A stretch of DNA of 64,000 nt from Verrucomicrobiia bacterium (GCA_049692125.1 JBAVOO010000088.1:2333-66332); one strand, 5' to 3'. Positions 8,260 to 17,683 are shown, numbered from the stretch's first letter. A program made the numbers and translations. The notes: a model not told the origin generated them from the sequence alone.

Positions 8260-11200
8260 ATGAAAATGACACGGCAATTCCTTCTGGTTTCTGCCGCTTC
8301 GGTGCTCTTGGGCTTTGGCACGCGCGCCCAGGTACAGGAACGGTTGCAGCCCATCATTCAAAGAGCGCCGGCCACCGGCGCCAACACCAGCCCGCAAAAA
8401 ACCAACTGTACCGGAACGGTCACGGACACCACCGGCAATCCCGTGGCCGGTGCGGCGGTGGAGTATTGGGGTTACGAGGGAAATCCATTCCTGGCAAATC
8501 CTCTGGAGCTAAAAAAACAAGTCACCACGGGCGCGGATGGCGCTTTTGAATTTCCGGCGTCGCGGGCCATGGGATTTTTGCTGGCGCGAAAGCCGGGACT
8601 GGCGCCGGCCTGGAAACAATTGGGTCAGCCATTTAATCCCGCCGGTGAGACGGAAGAACGTTTGGTGTTGACTCCGCCGGCGGCGCTGTCGGGCGTGGTG
8701 GTGGACGAAGCGGACAAACCGGTCGCCAACGCCGAGGTTTCCGTGGCCACGGCCATCAGCGAAATGTCACAGGAAGGCAGTGTGCGGACTTTCAATTACA
8801 TCACCGGCAAACCCGCGCACGATTGTTTTACCGCCCGCACGGATGCCGCCGGCCGTTTCCGCATTGAAAATTTTCCAACCAACGCCACGGCCACCCTTGT
8901 GGTTCAGGCGCCGGGAAAAGTTCTGCGCCCATCATCGCAGGATTCCGCTGGCTTGGACTCGCTGCCGTGGCGCGCGGGACAGGAGGACATCAAATTGGTC
9001 ATGGAGCCGGCCGGCAGCATCGAAGGCAAAATCATCGCCGAGGGAAGCAACCAACCGCCGCCCGTTGCGCGGCTGGCGTTGCGGCCCGACGGGCCGGGCT
9101 TTTTCGGTTTCGGCGAGCGCGAGCCGGCGCAATCCGGCACGGACGGCGCGTTCCACATCAGCGACGTGTCCGCCGGTTCCTACCGGATTCAGGCCGTCTT
9201 CGGCACCAACGCCATTCCGGAATGGGTCGCGGAGGCGGTTCCGGTTTCCGTTGAAGTCGGGAAAACCACTCGCGGCGTGCAGTTGACTGCGGTGCGCGGT
9301 GGTTTGCTGGAAGTGGTCGTGCTGGGACAAAGTGATCGCAAGCCGCTGGCACAGGTCATGGTCAATGCCTACCGGGAAAATTTTCAAACCGCCGGCACTT
9401 CCGACAGCAACGGCATCGCCTTCCTGCGGCTGACGCCGGGTGATTATCAGGTGATGGCGTTCCGTGAATCCATGCCCGCAAACCAGACCTCCGCCAGCGT
9501 GGAAACCGGCAAGACGAATCGCATGGAGATGGAAATCGCCGCCCCGAAGCAAATCACCGGCATCGTTCGCCAGCCGGACGGCCAGCCGGCGGCGGGATTG
9601 CTGGTGAGAATTGTGGGTGGTTTTGGCGCCAATGCGGGCGAGGTCAAGACCGATGCCGGCGGCAAATTTGAGCTGGAATGGAATCAGCGTCCATTCGGAC
9701 AAAACGACACGACCGCCTGTATTCTGGTCCGGGACCCGGAACATAATCTGGCCGTGGCGCAGGACCTGGACGAGGACACCACCCATCTGGATTTGAAGCT
9801 CGCGCCGGGACTCACGCTGGCTGGCCGGGTGGAATCCGACGGCAAACCGGTCACCAATGCGACCGCCTCGCTCGTTTTCTGGGCCGGCCGCAGCGGTTCG
9901 TGGCTTCAAGGTCTGGCCCGCACCAACACCCCGGGACAATATGAAATTCCCGCGCTGCCACCCGGCAGAAAATACGGCGTCATCGTCTCCGCGCCGGGTT
10001 ACGGGCAGCGGCAGATGCAAAATCTCGACATCTCCGCCGATGCCGGCCGTCAGGAACTTGATCCGGTGGAACTCAAGCCGGCGAATCTCAAACTCGCCGG
10101 CCAGGTGCTCGACCCGGACGACAAGCCGGTTGCGGGCGCTAATGTGAATCTTTCCGGCGAAGTCCAGCCGAACGCGAACGCGCGCACGGACCGCGAGGGA
10201 CGATTCCGCTTCGAGCATGTCTGCGAAGGCCCGGCTCAACTCTCCGCCAACAGCCAGCGTTCCTTCGGCAACGTTTCGGCGGAGGGCGGCGACACGAACG
10301 TCGTCCTCCGGCTCGGTCAAACTTATAACAGCGCCCCCGGTTCCATGGCGCACAAGCTGAAAGGCACGGTGACGGATGCTGATGGCAAACCTGCCGCCGG
10401 CGTGCAGGTGGCGGTGTTTCCAGCCAATGGCATGGTGCGCTGGACCAGGACTGCGACCAACGGCGCGTTCAACCTTACCTGGTCGCTCCAGCCGTGGCAG
10501 TTGCAAAACGGAGGCGCGATGCTTGTATTCCGCGACCCGGCGCGCAACCTGGCCGGCACGGAGGAGTTGCCGGAGGAAACCACGAACCTCGATGTGAAAT
10601 TGAAACCCGCGCTGGCATTTTCCGGGCAGGTGAAAAATGCCGACGGCGCTCCGTTGACCACGGCCCAAGTCGGTTTGTGGCTCAAGGCGGGCAACAGCTA
10701 CGAACAGCTAAATGAGCAGACGACCAGCCCCGTCAATGCTGAAGGCCGTTTTGAAATCAAGTGCCTCCCGCCGGACGCGCAGTACATTGTTTATGCGTCG
10801 GCCAAAGGTTACGGCAAGGGCCAGCGGCAACTTCAGCCGGAATACGAATCGAACCGCGTGGAACTGTCGCCGTTCGTCCTCAAGCCCGCCGACCGGGTCA
10901 TCGCCGGACAGGTGTTGAAAGATGACGACAAACCGGCGTCCGGTGTGAACGTGCAATTAAATGGCGAAGACCAGCCGGATGGTTACATGACCACCGACAG
11001 CCAGGGCCGGTTTCATTTTCAGGTTTGCGAGGGACAAATCCGCCTGTTTGCCTATTCGCAAAATGGCGGTGGCAACGCGCAGGCTACGGTCGAGGCGGGC
11101 GACACCAATGTCGTGATGACCTTGAGTTCCCAGTCGGGGAATATTCTCCAGACACCGCGTCGCGCCTCGCTCAAAGGCAGCCCGCTGCCCGATTTGGCCA

Positions 11201-11574
11201 CGGTGAATCTCGGCAGCGACACCGCGCCCGCCGGCCAGGCGGTGTTGCTGTGCCTGTTCGACGCGAGCCAGCGCCCGTCGCGGCACGTGGTCCACCAGTT
11301 GGATGAACAGGCCGCCGCACTACGGCAGCAGGGCGTCACGGTGCTGGGCGTTCAAGCCGCAGTCACCAGCGATGAAACATTCAATGAATGGAAAAGCGGC
11401 AGCCCGGTTTCATTTTCAGTCGGGCGTGTGACGGAGAGATCCGAAAAATCAAAATGGGCCTCGGCAGTTCCAGCATTGCCGTGGCTGATTCTGGCCGACG
11501 CCAATCATCGCGTGATCGCAGAAGGTTTCGCGCTCGACGAGCTGGACGCGCAGATCAGGAAATTACCGAAGTGA
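8260..11574 (+). CDS. Giant secreted protein with ~9-10 carboxypeptidase-regulatory-like (Ig-like) repeats and a C-terminal degenerate thioredoxin-fold domain
   Basis: Signal peptide MKMTRQFLLVSAASVLLGFG. Recurrent G(T/Q)V.D.DGKP.AGA.V units. The C-terminus has a TlpA-like layout (VLLCLFDASQRPSRHVVHQL...VTVLGV...PWLILAD), but SQRP replaces CxxC. Confidence 0.75.
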   Translation: MKMTRQFLLVSAASVLLGFGTRAQVQERLQPIIQRAPATGANTSPQKTNCTGTVTDTTGNPVAGAAVEYWGYEGNPFLANPLELKKQVTTGADGAFEFPASRAMGFLLARKPGLAPAWKQLGQPFNPAGETEERLVLTPPAALSGVVVDEADKPVANAEVSVATAISEMSQEGSVRTFNYITGKPAHDCFTARTDAAGRFRIENFPTNATATLVVQAPGKVLRPSSQDSAGLDSLPWRAGQEDIKLVMEPAGSIEGKIIAEGSNQPPPVARLALRPDGPGFFGFGEREPAQSGTDGAFHISDVSAGSYRIQAVFGTNAIPEWVAEAVPVSVEVGKTTRGVQLTAVRGGLLEVVVLGQSDRKPLAQVMVNAYRENFQTAGTSDSNGIAFLRLTPGDYQVMAFRESMPANQTSASVETGKTNRMEMEIAAPKQITGIVRQPDGQPAAGLLVRIVGGFGANAGEVKTDAGGKFELEWNQRPFGQNDTTACILVRDPEHNLAVAQDLDEDTTHLDLKLAPGLTLAGRVESDGKPVTNATASLVFWAGRSGSWLQGLARTNTPGQYEIPALPPGRKYGVIVSAPGYGQRQMQNLDISADAGRQELDPVELKPANLKLAGQVLDPDDKPVAGANVNLSGEVQPNANARTDREGRFRFEHVCEGPAQLSANSQRSFGNVSAEGGDTNVVLRLGQTYNSAPGSMAHKLKGTVTDADGKPAAGVQVAVFPANGMVRWTRTATNGAFNLTWSLQPWQLQNGGAMLVFRDPARNLAGTEELPEETTNLDVKLKPALAFSGQVKNADGAPLTTAQVGLWLKAGNSYEQLNEQTTSPVNAEGRFEIKCLPPDAQYIVYASAKGYGKGQRQLQPEYESNRVELSPFVLKPADRVIAGQVLKDDDKPASGVNVQLNGEDQPDGYMTTDSQGRFHFQVCEGQIRLFAYSQNGGGNAQATVEAGDTNVVMTLSSQSGNILQTPRRASLKGSPLPDLATVNLGSDTAPAGQAVLLCLFDASQRPSRHVVHQLDEQAAALRQQGVTVLGVQAAVTSDETFNEWKSGSPVSFSVGRVTERSEKSKWASAVPALPWLILADANHRVIAEGFALDELDAQIRKLPK

Positions 11575-11659
11575 ACGCACCGCTGCGGAGGCAGACATCC
11601 TTGCCTGCCAGCTAATGTGGCTTCCAGTTGGGCGGGGGATGTCCCCGCGAAAGGCGTAG

Positions 11660-11842
11660 TTTCATTGAATGACTGATTCCTGAACCATGCCGCTGCGCGG
11701 AATGACTAATTCCTAACCCATAATGACGAGAGAATACTCAAATGACTCAATGACCAAAACGGATGTCGGCCAGGGCTTCGGTATTCGGGCTTGGTCATTC
11801 TTTCGTCATTCGTCATTATGGTTTCGTCATTCGGATTCAGGG
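11660..11842. repeat. Repeat family R6 element (aatgactaattcc...aaccataatgac...tttcgtcattatggttt)
   Basis: Shares long strings with 62128-62266 and has internal inverted symmetry. Confidence 0.7.
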
Positions 11843-12048
11843 CTTGGGGTTTTGCTTGGAAGTTGGTGATTTCCGCTTCCATCCAATCCACCAACCGCCC
11901 CACTGCCTGCACCCGCCATTCCTGGACCGTCCTGATTCAGATTGAAATCCTCCCTGGAATCTGCCCCAATGCGGTGGTTATGCGGTCGTTTGGAAATGGC
12001 AACCTGAACCGTCCGTTGCATGCTGCAAGCGGCGCAGGGCCCTGTCCC

Positions 12049-12145
12049 GGAGGTGTAAGGCGACCTGGTGGCGCTCACGGTCTTCAAAACCGCTGTGGGG
12101 CTCAACAAAGTCCCAGGTGGGTTCGATTCCCATCCGCCTCCGCCA
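12049..12145 (+). tRNA. selC: tRNA-Sec (anticodon TCA at 12084-12086)
   Basis: 97 nt. Extended acceptor stem ggaggtg/cgcctcc, anticodon loop cttcaaa, long variable arm tgggg-ctcaacaaag-tccca, T-loop gttcgattc, 3' gcca. Confidence 0.9.
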
Positions 12146-12166
12146 GTTCGAAAACTGTGGGGCAAC

Positions 12167-12239
12167 GGAGTGTTGGAGTATTGGAGTATTGGAATTCTGC
12201 GCCCTCCACCACCCCATCACTCCATTGCTCCATCACTCC
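12167..12239. repeat. Repeat family R2 (inverted arrays of GGAGTNNT octamers)
   Basis: ggagtgttggagtattggagtattgg ... ccatcactccattgctccatcactcc. Confidence 0.75.
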
Positions 12240-12257
12240 GCTTCCGCCTCCTTCGCC

Positions 12258-12620
12258 ATGAAACGCATCCCACAACCAAAGGTGGATCCCGCCCTGCGGG
12301 ATGTGGAACACCATGATTTCTGGCCCGGCTTCATCGCCGTCCTGATCGGCGGCGTCCTTGCTTTTGGCGGTGCGCGGCATCTGACCGGCGTGGACACGGT
12401 CGGGGGAAGCACCGCCTCGGAAATCCAGTTGGTCAAGGCTTTCTCCTCCGGCGGCGTGCAATATGCGAGTCAAATTGTTCCCCCGCCGCCGCCGAAACTG
12501 GATGACCCGTCCGCGGAAGCCGAAGCGCTCGACCGCTGGGCCAAACAGCAGGCCAACGCGACACCTCCCCAATGGAAGATCCGGGTTGACACGGACGCGA
12601 AGACGCCTTGTCCCACCTGA
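12258..12620 (+). CDS. Small hypothetical membrane protein
   Basis: MKRIPQPKV... with one hydrophobic helix (FWPGFIAVLIGGVLAFGGA). The upstream part of ORF 12117 runs over tRNA-Sec and the R2 repeat. Confidence 0.45.
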   Translation: MKRIPQPKVDPALRDVEHHDFWPGFIAVLIGGVLAFGGARHLTGVDTVGGSTASEIQLVKAFSSGGVQYASQIVPPPPPKLDDPSAEAEALDRWAKQQANATPPQWKIRVDTDAKTPCPT

Positions 12621-12654
12621 ATAAAATAATTTCCGGTCACACGGCGTGGCCGAT

Positions 12655-12813
12655 TTTAAATCCGAATGTCGAAAACCGAAAACCGAAGGAAAACCGAAGC
12701 CCGAAATCCGAATATGAATGCATGTCTGGAATCGATCGCTTTGGAATCCGGCCTTTTTTCGTCCTTCGGATTTCGGATTTCTTTCGGCATTCGTCCTTCG
12801 GATTTCGGATTTT
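12655..12813. repeat. Repeat family R5 (aaatccgaa / ttcggatttcggat units, inverted)
   Basis: Multiple ccgaaa and ttcggatttcgga units. Related copies lie at 28843-28974 and 39152-39184. Confidence 0.7.
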
Positions 12814-12816
12814 AAC

Positions 12817-13701
12817 ATGGACTGTCCCGTGCCCAATTGTCAGGAGCGTGAACCGACGGCGCTCGGACGGAAGCTGTCGTGCCTTCGTCCCTGGTTGCAG
12901 ACGGGCTTTCTCGGCATCTGGCTGGCACCGGTGGGCCGATGGCTGCACGGCATCCCCGGCTGTGTTTTCCACTGCTATTCCTGCCCGCTGTCTTCGTTCG
13001 CCTGCCCCGTGGGCGTGGCGGCGAACTACGCTGCGCTCCTGCCCGCCGCGTTCGAAGTGCCCTACCTGCTCATCGGTCTGCTGCTGGTCGTCGGTGCGGT
13101 GAGCGGCTCGCTCGTCTGCGGCTGGGCGTGCCCGTTCGGTTTCCTGCAGGATCTCCTCGGGAAAATCACCCGCAGGAAAGTGGCGTTGCCGGGCTGGATG
13201 GGTTACACGCGTTACGTCGTGCTGTTGGGATTGGTGCTGCTGCTGCCGATGGTTCTCGGCTTCAATGGTATTCCTTACGAGAACCAGGTCGTTTCCATCT
13301 GCCGGCTTTGCCCGGCGGGCGCGCTGGAAGCCGGCGTGCCTTATTCGGTCCAAAGTGTTTTGGCCGGCAAAGGTTGGGTCATGAGCTGGTTCAAAACGGG
13401 CATTCTGCTTTCCTTCCTCGCCGCCGCCTTGTTTGTTCACCGTCCGTGGTGCCGCATTTTTTGTCCGCTGGGCGGTTTTCTCGCGCTCTTCAACCGGTTC
13501 AGCCTGTTTCATCTCCGGTTCAATCCCAAGGAATGTGTGGAATGCAACCTCTGCCGCAGCCGGTGTTCGATGGGGGTGAAGGTGGACCAGAAAGTGAACG
13601 TGTCCGGCTGCATCCGCTGCCTCGAATGCACCACCTGCGGCGCGATTGAACCCTGCTTCGCCCTGCCGCAAAACGCGCCGCCAGACAAGGCGACAACTTG
13701 A
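12817..13701 (+). CDS. Membrane 4Fe-4S-binding protein (NapH/MauN-like polyferredoxin type)
   Basis: CPFGFLQDLL, CRLCPAGALE and CRIFCPLGG motifs between hydrophobic helices. C-terminal CVECNLCRSRC and CIRCLECTTC ferredoxin motifs. Confidence 0.75.
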   Translation: MDCPVPNCQEREPTALGRKLSCLRPWLQTGFLGIWLAPVGRWLHGIPGCVFHCYSCPLSSFACPVGVAANYAALLPAAFEVPYLLIGLLLVVGAVSGSLVCGWACPFGFLQDLLGKITRRKVALPGWMGYTRYVVLLGLVLLLPMVLGFNGIPYENQVVSICRLCPAGALEAGVPYSVQSVLAGKGWVMSWFKTGILLSFLAAALFVHRPWCRIFCPLGGFLALFNRFSLFHLRFNPKECVECNLCRSRCSMGVKVDQKVNVSGCIRCLECTTCGAIEPCFALPQNAPPDKATT

Positions 13702-13784
13702 GGGATTGCGCGAAAATTCCGAAGCGCCGCTTTCCCTTTTTGTCCTCGTCCTCCTCCTCGATTTTCAATTGGCGACACTCGCGT

Positions 13785-15416
13785 TCAACGTCGCGCTTTG
13801 TCCGTTTTGCCCGGCTGAACCCGGGCGAGGCTCTCCTGGTAAAACATCTTCACCGGCGCGCCGCCCATGGCGATGGCGCACCATGCCGCCTCGTCCAGTT
13901 CCGCCTGCGTGAGGCCCAGTTCGCGCGCCTTGCGAAAGTGCGCGTCGAAGCACGGGTGGCACCGGCTGTGCACCACCAGGCTGAACAAAATCAGTTCCTT
14001 GGCCTTCTCGCTCAGGACGCCGCCCGCCTGCACCGAGCGGATCATCGCGCCGAAAGCCTTTTGCGTTTCGCCGACGGAACTCGCCGCGCCTTCGCCCTTG
14101 AACATGTCTGCGCAACAACCTTCTTGGTGAGCGGTGGAATCTGTAGCTGATGATTTCATGGATTTGTTTTCCGGTTGAGGGACGCCTGATTTCTTCCCGC
14201 GAATCTTCGACGCGCCCGGTGAAGAGGGGATGACAAGGATTTGTGCGTCGGATGAACCGACAATCCGGCCAATGACAAAACTGCCGGCGCCGCGCCGCGC
14301 CAGGGCCTGACGCAAAGTATCCAGCCGCTCTGCGGGGACGGCGATCAGCAATCCGCCGGAAGTTTGCGCGTCGAAACCCAGGTTGACCAGTGCTTCGTCC
14401 ACTTTCGGCGCCACGCGGATCGCCTCGCCGACATATTCGCGGTTTCGCTCGGTCGCGCCCGGGATCATGCCCTGCCGGAGGGCTTCAATCGCGCCGGCAA
14501 ATGCCGGCAACGCATCGGCGAAAATTTCCGCGCCCAGCTTGCCCGGGCGCAGCAGGCGATGGAGATGCGCGAACAGGCCGAAACCTGTAACGTCCGTGCA
14601 GGCCGAGGCGCCGGCTTCCTTCATCGCTTCCGCCGCCGCCTTGTTCAACGTGGCCATCGAAATTTCGGCGGCAGCCATGCCTTGCGGATACCCGCGCCCG
14701 ATTTGCTGGCAAAACGTCAGCACGCCGGTGCCCAGCGGCTTGGTCAACACCAGCACGTCGCCGGCCTCCGGCTTTTCCAGCGCGGCGGCAACCTTGGGAT
14801 TGATCAGGCCGGTAATGGCAAAGCCGAGTTTGATTTCGTCGTCCTTGATGCTGTGCCCGCCGACGAGCGCCACCCCGGCCTCTTCAAAAATGTCCATCGC
14901 GCCGGCCAGCAACTGGTACATGACTTCGCCCGGCAATTTTTCGGTGGGAAACGCCAGGATGCTCAATGCCGTGCGCGGCTCGCCGCCCATGGCGTAAATG
15001 TCCGAAAGACAGTTCACGGCGCAGATTCGTCCGAAAAGATGCGGGTCATCCACGCACGGCGTGAACACGTCCACGGTCTGCACCAGGCAAAGGTCGTCGG
15101 ATATCCGGTAAATGGCCGCGTCGTCGCCCGCCGCCAGCCCGGAAATCACGGCCGGATCGTTCACAGCGGGCAGCCGGCCCAGCACCGCGTCGAGTTCGGC
15201 GGGGGCGATCTTGGACGCGCAGCCGGCGTTGCGGACCAGCTCCATCAGTTTGACCTGCGACAGGTCCACCGGGTCGGGCCGTTCGCCGGCGCACGGGCAG
15301 ATGCCGTCGTCGCGAAAGACGTCGCACGGGCATGGACGCCGCACGTCGCAGATGCAGTGGCCCAGCAGTTGCGACCGCTCCATCACGCGCCGGCGTCTGG
15401 CAAAATCAATTTTCAT
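13785..15416 (-). CDS. selD: Selenide, water dikinase SelD fused to an N-terminal Cys-rich module and a C-terminal AhpD/CMD-like domain
   Basis: SelD core (NAGCASKIAP, VDVFTPCVDDPHLFGRICAVNCLSDIYAMGGEP). N-terminal HCICDVRRPCPCDVFRDDGICPCAG. C-terminal ...LILFSLVVHSRCHPCFDAHF... resembles carboxymuconolactone decarboxylase/AhpD. Confidence 0.85.
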   Translation of the reverse strand: MKIDFARRRRVMERSQLLGHCICDVRRPCPCDVFRDDGICPCAGERPDPVDLSQVKLMELVRNAGCASKIAPAELDAVLGRLPAVNDPAVISGLAAGDDAAIYRISDDLCLVQTVDVFTPCVDDPHLFGRICAVNCLSDIYAMGGEPRTALSILAFPTEKLPGEVMYQLLAGAMDIFEEAGVALVGGHSIKDDEIKLGFAITGLINPKVAAALEKPEAGDVLVLTKPLGTGVLTFCQQIGRGYPQGMAAAEISMATLNKAAAEAMKEAGASACTDVTGFGLFAHLHRLLRPGKLGAEIFADALPAFAGAIEALRQGMIPGATERNREYVGEAIRVAPKVDEALVNLGFDAQTSGGLLIAVPAERLDTLRQALARRGAGSFVIGRIVGSSDAQILVIPSSPGASKIRGKKSGVPQPENKSMKSSATDSTAHQEGCCADMFKGEGAASSVGETQKAFGAMIRSVQAGGVLSEKAKELILFSLVVHSRCHPCFDAHFRKARELGLTQAELDEAAWCAIAMGGAPVKMFYQESLARVQPGKTDKARR

Positions 15417-15429
15417 TCAGCAATGATTC

Positions 15430-15652
15430 AACCACGGATGGACACAGATGAACACGAATAAAAGAACGGCCCGTGGCTAGGATTTTGGACTGCGGCGGGA
15501 AGCGAAGCGCCACGCCGCTTTGGAAGTTCGATCCTCGGTCGAAAAGCGGTGTCGCCGCTGCGCTCTGCCACCGCACTCCAAATTTTTTGCCGTTCGTGTC
15601 GTGACGCGCCCCACATTGTGCCCATCCGTGTCTATCCGTGTTCATCCGTGGT
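15430..15652. repeat. Composite element, repeat family R7 (arms aaccacggatggacacagatgaacacg / cgtgtctatccgtgttcatccgtggtt)
   Basis: The inverted arms at 15430-15457 and 15624-15652 enclose a ggactgcggcgg...gctctgccaccgcactccaaa module. The right arm touches the selB stop codon. Confidence 0.7.
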
Positions 15653-17607
15653 TAAGATTTTGAATTTAAAAGCTTCTTCGCCTCGGTTCCCGGCGTCCGG
15701 TTGTTTCCGGAACGGACGGTGAAGCGGACCTTGTCCAAATAATCCACCAGCGGCACGGCGTATTTGCGGCTCACGCCGAGCGCATCGCGAAAATCCATGG
15801 TGGAGAACATCGGCGCGCGGGCGAAAAGTTTCAAGACGGTTTGTTTGCCAGCCTCCACGGCGTCGCGATGCATCCAGACGCGGTCGTCCAGCCGCACCAA
15901 AATCCCACGTTCGCCCAAGAGCCGCGTCATCGCACCGACGCGCGGCAACGGTTCGCCGAGTGCCGCCGCCAGTTCCTCCGCGCCGGGCGGCGCCCAGCCG
16001 GCCTGCTGCAACTTCGCGGCAATCTGGTCGCACAAGCGCTGGTCACGGTCCACTATCCGCGCGCTCCAGCCCGCCCGCGCCAGGATGTTTCCGTTGTGCT
16101 CAATTTGCTTCGTCCCGAGCAACGAATCCACGGCCAGGTCCAGAAGCTCGCCGTTGGTCTTGAGACCGGCCAGCAGTTCATCCCGGCTGATTCCCGCCCG
16201 TTGGGGGTTGGCGGTATGAAAGGCCTGGATGGCTGCGAGAATACCGGTCGCGGTTTTCTGGATGACATCACGGTGCAGCCACCTGCCGCCGGGTGTCGAG
16301 ACCGCGCGACCTTCGGCGCGCAGTGAACCAAGCATGGCCGTCATCTCTTCCGCGCGCATGAGGCTTTTCAATTGCAGTTCGGCGGCGGTCGCCGATAGCG
16401 CGCTCTCGCGCAACATCAATTCGCACCAGCGTGCCGGTTCGGCGATGGCCGCCCGCCGGGCCGCCAGCAGCTCCAGCGTCCATTGCTTCTTCCGGCGCAA
16501 CCGGATGTTGCCGATGCCAAGAAGCTGTCCGCCGCCAATCGTGGTCAGACCGGCGACGCCGGAGCCGGCCACGTTGGCCCGGACGACAAATCGTTCGCCG
16601 GGCGCCAGCGCGAGCGGTTCCGCCAGCCGGAGCTGGATCATCTGCTTCTGGCCGCCGGTCATTTCTGTGTTTTCGAGCATCGCCAGGCGGGCTGACACCG
16701 CCGCCGTCCCGACATGCAACTGCGCTTCGAGATAGTCTTCGATCTTGCCCTTGACGGAATCGAGAATCCGCAATTCAGTTTCCGCCATGGTCACCGGGGC
16801 CGGTAACTCCGATTCGCTGAGAACCATGCCGCGCCGCACCAATTCATGATCAATCTCGGGAAGGTTCAGCGCGACGCATTCTCCGGCCCGTCCCTCCGTC
16901 GCGTCTTCGCCATAAACCTGCATGCGGCGGACATGTCCGGACAAGCCGGTGGGTAGCAGATGCAGGCGGTCGCCCGGTCGCACGCGTCCCCGGGTGGGTA
17001 TGCCGGTGATGACTGTGCCGGAGCCGCGAATCGTGAACACGTCCTCCACCCACATGCGAAACCAGCCGGAGCAGGGGCGGTTTTCACATTTGGCGACCAC
17101 CTCGTTCAGCGCGTCGAAAAATCCATCAAAGCCTTCGCCGGTGACGTTGGAAAGCGGGCAAATTGGCGCGTTGGCCAGGAACGTTTTGGCGAGCAACCGC
17201 CGCAGATCTTGAATCACAAAGGTGCGCCGGGCCTCGTCAACGATATCCACCTTGGTGAGCGCCACCAGTCCATGACGCAATCCCATGAGCGTGAGAATGT
17301 GGAGGTGTTCATGCGTCTGCGGCATGACGCCGTCGTCCGCCGCGACCACGAAAATGACAACGTCAACGCCGTGCGCGCCGGCGGCCATATTGCGGATGAA
17401 ATCTACGTGGCCCGGCACGTCCACAACGCCGACGACGCGCTTGTCCGACAACTGGCAGGGGGCGAAGCCGAGGTCAATGGTGAGGCCGCGTTGTTTTTCC
17501 TCGGCCAGCGTGTCAGTCTCGCAGCCGGTGAGCATCCTCACCAGCGCGGTCTTGCCGTGGTCCACGTGCCCGGCGGTGCCGAGCATGATGTTGCGGCGGG
17601 AAGTCAT
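15652..17607 (-). CDS. selB: Selenocysteine-specific translation elongation factor SelB
   Basis: GTPase motifs GTAGHVDHGKT and DVPGH. Long C-terminal winged-helix-type extension (651 aa). Confidence 0.9.
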   Translation of the reverse strand: MTSRRNIMLGTAGHVDHGKTALVRMLTGCETDTLAEEKQRGLTIDLGFAPCQLSDKRVVGVVDVPGHVDFIRNMAAGAHGVDVVIFVVAADDGVMPQTHEHLHILTLMGLRHGLVALTKVDIVDEARRTFVIQDLRRLLAKTFLANAPICPLSNVTGEGFDGFFDALNEVVAKCENRPCSGWFRMWVEDVFTIRGSGTVITGIPTRGRVRPGDRLHLLPTGLSGHVRRMQVYGEDATEGRAGECVALNLPEIDHELVRRGMVLSESELPAPVTMAETELRILDSVKGKIEDYLEAQLHVGTAAVSARLAMLENTEMTGGQKQMIQLRLAEPLALAPGERFVVRANVAGSGVAGLTTIGGGQLLGIGNIRLRRKKQWTLELLAARRAAIAEPARWCELMLRESALSATAAELQLKSLMRAEEMTAMLGSLRAEGRAVSTPGGRWLHRDVIQKTATGILAAIQAFHTANPQRAGISRDELLAGLKTNGELLDLAVDSLLGTKQIEHNGNILARAGWSARIVDRDQRLCDQIAAKLQQAGWAPPGAEELAAALGEPLPRVGAMTRLLGERGILVRLDDRVWMHRDAVEAGKQTVLKLFARAPMFSTMDFRDALGVSRKYAVPLVDYLDKVRFTVRSGNNRTPGTEAKKLLNSKS

Positions 17608-17625
17608 GGGGGAAATGGAGTGCTG

Positions 17626-17683
17626 GAGTGATGGAGTGTTGGGGAGGATGCATTACTCCAATACTCCAACACTCCATCACTCC
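17626..17683. repeat. R2 element (inverted GGAGTNNT arrays, short spacer)
   Basis: ggagtgctggagtgatggagtgttgg ... ccaatactccaacactccatcactcc, located between the selA stop and the selB start. Confidence 0.8.

Noticed and set aside
8932-10668. 578-aa minus-strand ORF. Similar long antisense ORFs occur at 27025-28389, 54563-55804, 55924-57387, 52967-54118, 14364-15461, 50248-51402 and 62815-63951.
   Set aside because: All of them overlap well-supported genes on the other strand and have the skewed composition of high-GC shadow frames.
12618-12620. TGA after ...KTPCPT considered as another Sec site
   Set aside because: The frame hits TAA two codons later, and I found no conserved downstream peptide or hairpin.
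13785-15416. SelD itself as a selenoprotein
   Set aside because: The active-site position is a Cys codon (NAGCASK) and the ORF has no in-frame TGA.
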